Assembly: GCA_949295025.1 (NCBI GenBank)
Contig: CASFJK010000009.1
Location: 10,038-74,037 of the forward strand
DNA length: 64,000 bases
DNA from: an uncultured Pseudomonadota bacterium
Lineage (GTDB): Bacteria; Pseudomonadota; Alphaproteobacteria; RF32; CAG-239
Direction of reading: 5' to 3'
Shown here: piece after piece, positions 54,043 to 61,707 of the stretch
How positions within the stretch are numbered: the stretch's first letter is position 1
How the letters are laid out: every line of letters begins with the position of its first letter
The notes under the pieces: model-generated
What the model was told of the DNA's origin: nothing
Databases searched by the model: none
Seen by the model: only the letters and a program-made list of their open reading frames with translations
Made by a program: the position numbers and the translations under genes

Positions 54043-57000
54043 TTAATGTTTTAAATCATTATTTGTATGGTAAGGTTCATTTTCATCGGCATCAATATTA
54101 AAATCAGGCAAAAAGAAGTCATCTTCCTCTTCTGGTTGAGAAGTAGGTATTGGCGCTGATAAAGTAGCTTTAGGTGCCGGAATATCCGGATATTGAGATA
54201 TATTTGAGGCCTTTAAACCGCTGGCTTCTAAATCATCTGTTATTGTCTCTGAAGAAGAATATGGATCATTTTCCATAAAATTATCAAATAATTCAGAAAA
54301 ATCTACATCATCATTTTGAGCAGGGTCACGTGCGCTTTCTGACTGAGCAGATGCATCTGTATTATAAATTTTTTCTGTCGGAACTTTCTCTCCTTTGACA
54401 TCAATTATCTGGTCATCGGTTATTGTATTTTCTTCCGGAGCCAAATTTACATCAGAATTTTCCTCTGGCTCTGCTGGTTCTTCTTCATACTCCCATTCCC
54501 ATTCACCGTCATTATTGTTATCGGTCGTAGAGTTGGATTCTTGAGCCAAATTTACATCAGAATTTTCCTCTGCTTCAGCAGGTTCTTCTTCATATTCCCA
54601 TTCCCACTCACCGTCATTATTGTCATCGGTCGTAGAGTTGGATTCTTGAGCCAAATTTACATCAGAATTTTCCTCTGGCTCTGCTGGTTCTTCTTCATAC
54701 TCCCATTCCCACTCACCATCATTATTGTCATCGACCGTAGAGTTAGATTCTTGAGCCAAATTTACATCAGAATTTTCCTCTGATTCAGCAGGTTCTTCTT
54801 CATACTCCCATTCCCATTCACCGTCATTATTGTCATCGACCGTAGAGTTAGATTCTTGAGCCAAATTTACATCAGAATTTTCCTCTGGTTCAGCAGGTTC
54901 TTCTTCATACTCCCATTCCCACTCACCGTCATTATTGTCATCGGCCGTAGAGTTGGATTCTTGAGCCAAATTTACATCAGAATTTTCCTCTGGTTCAGCA
55001 GGTTCTTCTTCATACTCCCATTCCCACTCACCGTCATTATTGTCATCGGTCGTAGAGTTGGATTCTTGAGCCAAATTTACATCAGAATTTTCCTCTGGTT
55101 CAGCAGGTTCTTCTTCATACTCCCATTCCCAATCACCAGCATCATCATCATTATCTTGTGTCGTATTTTCAGTATCTGTCTGATTGTCAGAAAGGAGCTC
55201 TTCCGTAGCAGAAGTTTTTTCTTCTTTATGAAAAGGACTAATTAATTGTTCTAATGCATTTTTAGTGTCTAAATTATCCAAAAATTTATTAAAAAGACTT
55301 TGTTTTTTAGGCTGTGCATTTACAACTTCTGAATTGTTGTCTTTTTCAGAAATAGAAGAAGTTTTTTCGGAAGGCTCATTAGATATAGCTTTGGTTGAAA
55401 CTGTATTATTTTCTTCTTCTATATCGGTATTTAATAAAGCATCAGAAGCAGATATTGAATTTTCATCAGAATTTATTTCAGAAGACAAATCAGGAATATT
55501 TGAAAATTCAGAATTTTCAAATGAAGTTTTATCATCATCATTAGTTATAAAAGAAATATCATTATCATCTGAAAAATCATTAGCAACATCCAACTCAGGA
55601 AGTTTATCTGCTCCAATATCAGGTTCTATCGCCGTGTTCAAATCAGCTGTAGATATTTCATTATCAACATTATTTGCTTTACCTTCATCGGAAAAACCTA
55701 ATAAATCTTGTAATTCTAAATCAGCAGGACTTAGAGGTTGCAAATTTTGTTCTTCATTATTTTTTTTCTTCTTCTTTTTCTTCTTTTTCTTTTTCGATGA
55801 GGTAGATGTGATATTTTCATCTATAGAAGCTGTTTCCATATTAGAAATATTTTCATTACTCTCTTCCTCGTTAGAAGAGGGGATAGATAGAGCTTCATCA
55901 TTTTCCTCAGCTAAAACAGAAGAACTTTCTATATTTTCATTTTCGACAGTCGGTTCGGGCTCATAAGAGCTATTAGAGCTTTCCTGTGTATTTAAGTTAA
56001 ACATATTTTTAAATACTTGCTTCAAACCGGAAGAATTTTTCTCTTCTTTTTCATCATGAACAGAGGTGTCTAAATTGGGAGCAAAGTGGTCTCCGCTAAC
56101 CTGAGGAAGCGGTTGATAATAAACCGTTTGGTTCTTACTTTGTTGTTTTAAAAAATCCAAATTTTCTTTATGAAATTCACTTAAAGCTTTGACCAAGTAT
56201 TGATTGGAAAGTTGGCTGCTTTCTTTCAAAGCGCCAGAAATAATGGATGAAATTTCTTTTGTTTGCTCTTTTGCCATTTCTCTAAAAAGCTGAGATTGAG
56301 CCTTTATAATATCAGCTATAAAATCTTGAGGATTTGCAAAAGGGGCGTTGTTAATTTGTATATTATTTGCGTTATTGGCATTATTGCTGGCATTAATGGC
56401 ATTTTGTTGCAAAAACATTTTTGCCATTTCCAACTGAGATTCTGTAATAGCTTTGGTAATCTCTTTGGTATTATCAATCACTTTAACACTTTCACCGGAA
56501 TCAGATGCAATAATGTGAGAAGAACTTCCTCCTTTTGAAATTTCTTTAATTAAAGAAGAAGTCATTTCTCTTTGCGATTGTGTAAGTGATTGCGTAAAAG
56601 AGATAAGCTCTTTTTGGCGTTTTTCTTCCGATTGAGCTAATGCTCCGGCAATGGCCGTTGCAATGTCTTTTGCAAAATTAGCATCAGGCTTAAATACAGT
56701 AGTTCCACCACTTGTTTGAGGTGTAGACTGATTTTGCATATTTTGCATCATTTGCAACATTTGCTTTTGTAGTTCCAACGATTGGGTGTTATCTACCGTT
56801 GGCGTGGCTACCGGAGTTGGATTCTGAGGAGCGTTTTGTGTTGAAGCCGTATCTGCCAAAGCATTAGATAAAATAGTTCCATCGTTGGTACTATCACCGC
56901 TATCTTCGTTGGGAGCAATGCCGTTTTGTTCTTCCAACTCATCGATATATTCTTGCAGAAGAGAGCCACCGGGAAGCACGCTGCACATATGTCTGATTTC

Positions 57001-57165
57001 AGGTGGTTGTTGTAAAATCATATTGTTAAAATCAGCTTTTTGCTTTTCATCAAGAATATGTCTTTGGCGAAAAATATTTAAAAGACGTTGAATGATGACA
57101 ATCGGATCTTCAACTCCGGCCACCTTTTTATTTCTGCGTATAGAAGATATATTTTCTTCGCTCAC
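54043..57165 (-). CDS. 1040-aa hyper-acidic repeat protein (7x 35-aa EWEWEYEEEPAEPEENSDVNLAQESNSTTDDNNDG units, poly-Lys tract)
   Basis: Long ORF with no signal peptide or TM. Has an N-terminal ~90-aa globular part, Q/N-rich segments, SSKKKKKKKKKKKNNEE, a D/E/N/S-rich middle, a tandem array and an acidic C-terminus. Candidate secreted substrate by inference only. Confidence 0.3.
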   Translation of the reverse strand: MSEENISSIRRNKKVAGVEDPIVIIQRLLNIFRQRHILDEKQKADFNNMILQQPPEIRHMCSVLPGGSLLQEYIDELEEQNGIAPNEDSGDSTNDGTILSNALADTASTQNAPQNPTPVATPTVDNTQSLELQKQMLQMMQNMQNQSTPQTSGGTTVFKPDANFAKDIATAIAGALAQSEEKRQKELISFTQSLTQSQREMTSSLIKEISKGGSSSHIIASDSGESVKVIDNTKEITKAITESQLEMAKMFLQQNAINASNNANNANNIQINNAPFANPQDFIADIIKAQSQLFREMAKEQTKEISSIISGALKESSQLSNQYLVKALSEFHKENLDFLKQQSKNQTVYYQPLPQVSGDHFAPNLDTSVHDEKEEKNSSGLKQVFKNMFNLNTQESSNSSYEPEPTVENENIESSSVLAEENDEALSIPSSNEEESNENISNMETASIDENITSTSSKKKKKKKKKKKNNEEQNLQPLSPADLELQDLLGFSDEGKANNVDNEISTADLNTAIEPDIGADKLPELDVANDFSDDNDISFITNDDDKTSFENSEFSNIPDLSSEINSDENSISASDALLNTDIEEENNTVSTKAISNEPSEKTSSISEKDNNSEVVNAQPKKQSLFNKFLDNLDTKNALEQLISPFHKEEKTSATEELLSDNQTDTENTTQDNDDDAGDWEWEYEEEPAEPEENSDVNLAQESNSTTDDNNDGEWEWEYEEEPAEPEENSDVNLAQESNSTADDNNDGEWEWEYEEEPAEPEENSDVNLAQESNSTVDDNNDGEWEWEYEEEPAESEENSDVNLAQESNSTVDDNNDGEWEWEYEEEPAEPEENSDVNLAQESNSTTDDNNDGEWEWEYEEEPAEAEENSDVNLAQESNSTTDNNNDGEWEWEYEEEPAEPEENSDVNLAPEENTITDDQIIDVKGEKVPTEKIYNTDASAQSESARDPAQNDDVDFSELFDNFMENDPYSSSETITDDLEASGLKASNISQYPDIPAPKATLSAPIPTSQPEEEDDFFLPDFNIDADENEPYHTNNDLKH
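54436..55140 (-). repeat. Tandem 105-bp in-frame repeat array, ~6.7 copies, near-identical
   Basis: Unit starts (plus strand GAGCCAAATTTACATCAG...) at 54438, 54543, 54648, 54753, 54858, 54963 and 55068, an exact 105-nt period. Only scattered substitutions (e.g. ggctctgct vs ggttcagca vs gcttcagca). Confidence 0.95.
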
Positions 57166-57265
57166 AAAACAACGTCCTATCTAAAAATAAACTTACACTT
57201 CATCCATACTAACAAGTATAATATCTATCTTGTAAATTTCAGGTTAATATTATGAATAAAAAAAC

Positions 57266-57296
57266 AAAAAAAACTCTGCCGAAGCAGAGTTTTTTC
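57266..57296 (-). terminator. Rho-independent terminator after the regulator gene
   Basis: AAAAAAAACTCTGCC-GAA-GCAGAGTTTTTTC. On the minus strand the stem is followed by a T-run. The stem sequence is nearly identical to the terminator at 11790..11825. Confidence 0.7.
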
Positions 57297-57320
57297 AAAA
57301 CAATAAAATCGGCTGATTTC

Positions 57321-58292
57321 TTACAAATAAATAGCAACAACTTTGTGTATTTTATTCAAATCATCATTACCAATTTCAATTCGGTCATCAGGATTCCATC
57401 TCATGCCATATAATTTACCGTTTTCATCTTCACGAATACTCAAAATTTTAGCTTCGTTTTCAGAAGTGTAATATACGGCAATATCTCCGACGCTAACCAT
57501 CTCTTGCGGATCAACAAACAAAACAGAACGTGTCGGTAACAAGCTGCCCAATCTTCTGGTGCACAAGTTAACGGCATATGCATCTTTCTTTCCATACAAA
57601 TTTGACGGACGCTGAACTTTTCTTGTTTCTTGAGAAAAATCAATCACAATATCGCCATCTTTTCCGGCAACACCGTAAACAGAAATCTTCAAACCGTCTG
57701 GATTCGAACTTCCGAAAGAAGATATTGCTCCACGCGGAGTAGATAACAGCTTATATTTAGCATCATTTCTTTGAATGATCTCATCAAGCATACCTTTATC
57801 TTCTAAAGATTTAATCTCGTTTTTAAGATCCTCAACACTAGTATTCAGAGCTTTGGCAATATTTTTCATTTCTTTGTCAGAAACTTCTCTTTGACCCATT
57901 TCAATGCGGTGATAAACAGACAATGTCATATCTGCGCTTTCAGCAACTTCAATAAGAGTCAAGTTCTTTTCATTTCTAATCTGACGCAAACCGGCACCAA
58001 GAGTTTTCAAACCGGTTTTTTCATTGATTTTATTGCGTCTTTCTTGTTCTCTTCTCCAAGCTTGAACAATTTCTTGTTGAGAATTTTGCTCATTGACGAA
58101 CAAGTCTTGTAAAGGGCAGTCTAAAAATTCGGCAACGCGAACCAATTGTTCTTGATCCACACGACGATAACCTTTTTCAATTTTAGAAATTGCAGAAAGA
58201 CTAACAGATAAATGATCAGCCAACTCCTGCATTGAACGTCCACGCAATCTTCTAAACATTCTAATTTGGTTAGGGAAAATAATTTCTTCCAT
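57321..58292 (-). CDS. Transcriptional regulator with two XRE-type HTH domains and an S24/LexA-like C-terminal domain
   Basis: HTH1: IRMFRRLRGRSMQELADHLSVSLSAISKIEKGYRRV. HTH2: LRQIRNEKNLTLIEVAESADMTLSVYHRIEMGQREV. C-terminus: RRLGSLLPTRSVLFVDPQEMVSVGDIAVYYTSENEAKILSI...GKLYGMRWNPD...IHKVVAIYL, collinear with the LexA/cI autopeptidase fold (candidate Ser in LGSLLP, Lys in EAKIL). Confidence 0.65.
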   Translation of the reverse strand: MEEIIFPNQIRMFRRLRGRSMQELADHLSVSLSAISKIEKGYRRVDQEQLVRVAEFLDCPLQDLFVNEQNSQQEIVQAWRREQERRNKINEKTGLKTLGAGLRQIRNEKNLTLIEVAESADMTLSVYHRIEMGQREVSDKEMKNIAKALNTSVEDLKNEIKSLEDKGMLDEIIQRNDAKYKLLSTPRGAISSFGSSNPDGLKISVYGVAGKDGDIVIDFSQETRKVQRPSNLYGKKDAYAVNLCTRRLGSLLPTRSVLFVDPQEMVSVGDIAVYYTSENEAKILSIREDENGKLYGMRWNPDDRIEIGNDDLNKIHKVVAIYL

Positions 58293-58431
58293 TTTTTTAC
58301 GACCTCTTTGCTCTAAAATATAGGATTTTAACTAAGCGTTATCTTAATATAAGCCAAAAATTAATCAAGAAAATAGTACAAAAAAAGACAATTTGTACAC
58401 AAATTTGTTTTTCTGGGTAATTTTTTTGGAC

Positions 58432-61400
58432 TTATAACAAACCACTAATGCTTGCTGTTTTAGATCTTTGACGATTTCTTTGTAAAGATCTTACAATCTT
58501 CGCATGTTCGTCTGCGCTATATGCAAAACCGCCATGCTCTTCAAATATATTGGACAGATTTCCATAAGCATCTACACCATATTTAGAGCGTTCTGCATAG
58601 TAGTGAGACATGGCATAATTTTCTCTTTCTTCAAATTTTCCGGTTTCTTCATTCAGGCGTTTTGATTTTTGACGATTAATCATACCATCAGTAGCAAAAG
58701 AAACTTCATTTCCTCTATCATCCTGACGAACTGCTTCCAGCAAAACACGATTGCCGTTTTCTTTTTGCTGGTCAGGCATATGCATACGAAGTATATTGTT
58801 AGCATTTCCGCCTAAAGGATTAACCACTTCAATTACTTCTCGTCCATCTTTATCGGTTGAAATTGTAATATTTTCATCCGTAATATTTTGAGGAATAGGT
58901 ATATCAGAATTCATGGTCAAAGACTGTCTTGCATATTGTTGCATTACGGCAGCTTTAATCATTTTTTCTGAAAAAGCAGAGTTTTTAAGAGCCAATTCCA
59001 TAGAAACGGTATTCAAGCTTCCATCTTTATTTCGAGCTGCTTTAAGACCTGCACTTTGAATTTCTACATTAGAAGAAACAATACTCATCTGACCTGTATT
59101 TTCATCTTTTTGCAGTGTTTGAACTTGTTTCAAATATCCGTCAGATCGAGTTGTCACAATTTTGCCGTTACCATAATCTTTGCTCTTTTCTAGCATTTTA
59201 GTACCATTATTCATAATTGTAACGGTTTGTGTTTTGTTTCTTCCTCTTAACCAAGATTTGTTTTGGGTTGTATAACTTTTACCTATGACATTACCATCTT
59301 TATCTGTAATCAACTGCTCTGTACCATGTTTTTGAACATTTCGCATTTGAGCATTTCGGCGCATATCTCCAAATCTTTCTTTGGCATTTTCAGCTAAAAC
59401 TCCGCCAACTTTTTTGGCACCGCCATAGGCTTTTTTACCCATATCTTTAACACCTTTGGCAGCCATACCGCCAATAGCGCGTCCTGAACCACCCGGAACC
59501 ATACTTGGTGCAAATTGAGAAGCATAGGTATTCACTTCTTCCAAAATTGTCCATGTTAATAGCAAGATGAAAACAATTTTCAGAAGGGTAACACCACCCC
59601 AAGCCAAAGTTGTGATAATTGATTCTTGGAAGTTTGAATCATTTAATTTTTTAATACCGCCTTCTGTGATTGTATTTTCAATAGCTCCTGTCAAGATGTA
59701 AATAACCAAACTCATAAAGACAAAATTGAAAATAGCATTCATAAAAATGTTCCAAACATTTTTAACATATTTGTTTGTTGTTTTGAACGGATATGCGCCA
59801 ATTGCGGCCGGAAGTAAAGCGCAGGCAACAGTCAATTGGAAAATTGAATCAATTAATAAAAACGGAAAGATAACAATCACAATTGCAGCCCCACAGAAAA
59901 TGAGCAATCCTGAAAAGACATATCCTAAAGAAGGAAAGATAAACAATTTTCCTTTAACATAAAAACCAATACAAATTGAAGCAGCCCCCAAGGAAAGGGT
60001 ATCAAGTAATCTTCCTTGAATAGCTTGTAAAGCACATAATATACTCTCCCCCATAGATACCGGAAGACCACCATCTTGTTTGAGGAAATATTGAGAAATT
60101 GAACATGCTGAATCTGTGGATGCCATTTGAGCCAATTTAAATCCGGTATTAAATATGGGTTCCATCAGCATTGCAAAAAAAGTGCCTGAATCAGCTTGCA
60201 AGAACAAAACGACAATCAAGACTACAAAAGACTTATTTAATAAGGTTTTAATCAGGGTCGGAGCATCTTTTGTTTTAAATGATGATACAAACATCAAAAT
60301 TTGAGTTGCCATCCATATTGCCCAAGCAACTAAAACAACCGACATAACCGGCATTGCCAATTTATCAAAAGACAATTTTGCAATAGTGCTGGCCGTATTA
60401 AATATGACGGCAAATAATGGGCACATCATACAAGAACCATAACTTACCTTGTATTGGCTCGGAGAACAATCTTTTTGATTATAAACATCAGCATCAGAGC
60501 TACCACCGGAAGCCGACCCACTGCTACTAGAACCACTAGACCCGCTGCCAGATCCTCCGGATGCGCCACTTGCATCACAGTTAAATGAGGCGGACTTGTT
60601 TCCGGTACAAGCATCTCTTCCTGTAACCTCTTTTACCACTTCTTCATAGGATCTTCTTTCATTAGCAGGTTTTTGTTGCTCAGCTTCCCATGCCTTGCGG
60701 ATTTTTAAAGATTCAAGAGCCTCGGAACCTTCTCTAGCATTACGTTTTTGAACTGAATTTCGAATTGCTTCTGATGAACTTCCGTAAAAATAGTCACGTC
60801 GAACATACATGGCTTCCAAAAGCTCTTCTTCTGTCATTTGAGCCGGATCGCCTATATTGTTTTTAATAGAGTTCATCAATTTTCTGGCACCACCGGGAGA
60901 TCCCATAGCTACAGCCACAGAAAATAATGACATTTGCAATTCCGGAGATAAGGAGTTGAAATCAATTCCGAAATCTTTTTTAATCGCATTTACGGCTGTG
61001 TCATAATACGTTTTTTGCATATATTTTTCTTGAGCGGCTTCAAATTCTGCTGCAGCCTGAGAATTACTGCAAATACTTTTCCATGCCGTAGAAAACTCTG
61101 TTGCCGGTTTAGTGCATGCACGGGCGTTCATAGCTTCAACGCTGCCGCCACCTAACTGCTGCCATATGCTTGGATTCGTTTTTTGCAAATCGGTTAAGAA
61201 TGTTTTCAAGCTACCATAAGTGCATTCCAATTGGCTTGAACCATAGCTACATCCACCGATATCACCTCCGGCACATTTGTTAAATGCACATGGGTTTCCA
61301 GCAGATTCATATTTGTGGTGCAATTGAGAAATATTGTCTTCGGGATACATCTTAGCACATCCCGAAGTTGTACATCTTGATGCTAAAGAACCGCTCACGG

Positions 61401-61635
61401 AAGACGATTTTTCTGCTGTATCCGTTGTTGTCGTAGTTGTTTCTGCCGGAGGATTCGTTGTATTTGTAGTGCTCGTATTTATGGTTGTACTTGATGATGT
61501 TGTTGGGTTATTTGCAGGTAAGCTTTGTGCTAAAACAGAAAAAGAAAGAAGACAATAAAACAAGGTCCAGATTCCGCACACAAGAGGTAATCTGTAATTT
61601 GTTTTTTGGGCTATGTCTTTTTTCATTTTCAACAT
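58432..61635 (-). CDS. Giant VirB6/TrbL-like polytopic membrane protein with N-terminal periplasmic Cys-rich module and ~360-aa hydrophilic C-terminal extension
   Basis: Signal peptide, T-rich linker, ~250-aa module (YESAGNPCAFNKCAGGDIGGCSYGSSQLECTYGSLKTFL...FSTAWKSIC...FEAAQEKYMQKTYYD). A G/S linker follows, then at least 6 hydrophobic segments (aa ~400-705, e.g. VMSVVLVAWAIWMATQILMFV, FVVLIVVLFLQADSG, LLIFCGAAIVIVIFPFLLI, FNFVFMSLVIYILTGAI, LLKIVFILLLTWTIL). The basic/hydrophilic tail contains ITDKDGNVIGKSY. Confidence 0.5.
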   Translation of the reverse strand: MLKMKKDIAQKTNYRLPLVCGIWTLFYCLLSFSVLAQSLPANNPTTSSSTTINTSTTNTTNPPAETTTTTTDTAEKSSSVSGSLASRCTTSGCAKMYPEDNISQLHHKYESAGNPCAFNKCAGGDIGGCSYGSSQLECTYGSLKTFLTDLQKTNPSIWQQLGGGSVEAMNARACTKPATEFSTAWKSICSNSQAAAEFEAAQEKYMQKTYYDTAVNAIKKDFGIDFNSLSPELQMSLFSVAVAMGSPGGARKLMNSIKNNIGDPAQMTEEELLEAMYVRRDYFYGSSSEAIRNSVQKRNAREGSEALESLKIRKAWEAEQQKPANERRSYEEVVKEVTGRDACTGNKSASFNCDASGASGGSGSGSSGSSSSGSASGGSSDADVYNQKDCSPSQYKVSYGSCMMCPLFAVIFNTASTIAKLSFDKLAMPVMSVVLVAWAIWMATQILMFVSSFKTKDAPTLIKTLLNKSFVVLIVVLFLQADSGTFFAMLMEPIFNTGFKLAQMASTDSACSISQYFLKQDGGLPVSMGESILCALQAIQGRLLDTLSLGAASICIGFYVKGKLFIFPSLGYVFSGLLIFCGAAIVIVIFPFLLIDSIFQLTVACALLPAAIGAYPFKTTNKYVKNVWNIFMNAIFNFVFMSLVIYILTGAIENTITEGGIKKLNDSNFQESIITTLAWGGVTLLKIVFILLLTWTILEEVNTYASQFAPSMVPGGSGRAIGGMAAKGVKDMGKKAYGGAKKVGGVLAENAKERFGDMRRNAQMRNVQKHGTEQLITDKDGNVIGKSYTTQNKSWLRGRNKTQTVTIMNNGTKMLEKSKDYGNGKIVTTRSDGYLKQVQTLQKDENTGQMSIVSSNVEIQSAGLKAARNKDGSLNTVSMELALKNSAFSEKMIKAAVMQQYARQSLTMNSDIPIPQNITDENITISTDKDGREVIEVVNPLGGNANNILRMHMPDQQKENGNRVLLEAVRQDDRGNEVSFATDGMINRQKSKRLNEETGKFEERENYAMSHYYAERSKYGVDAYGNLSNIFEEHGGFAYSADEHAKIVRSLQRNRQRSKTASISGLL

Positions 61636-61707
61636 TTTTCTATCCGTTTTTTTATAAGTTTATTTCTTATAATAATTAGTTAACAGAGATTTATATCTTG
61701 ATATAAA

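Noticed and set aside
54436-55140. Regular 105-bp repeat array considered as CRISPR or a non-coding minisatellite
   Set aside because: There are no unique spacers between repeats. The units are directly tandem, a multiple of 3, and in frame within a 3.1-kb ORF, giving seven identical-length peptide units. It is a coding tandem repeat, not a CRISPR array.
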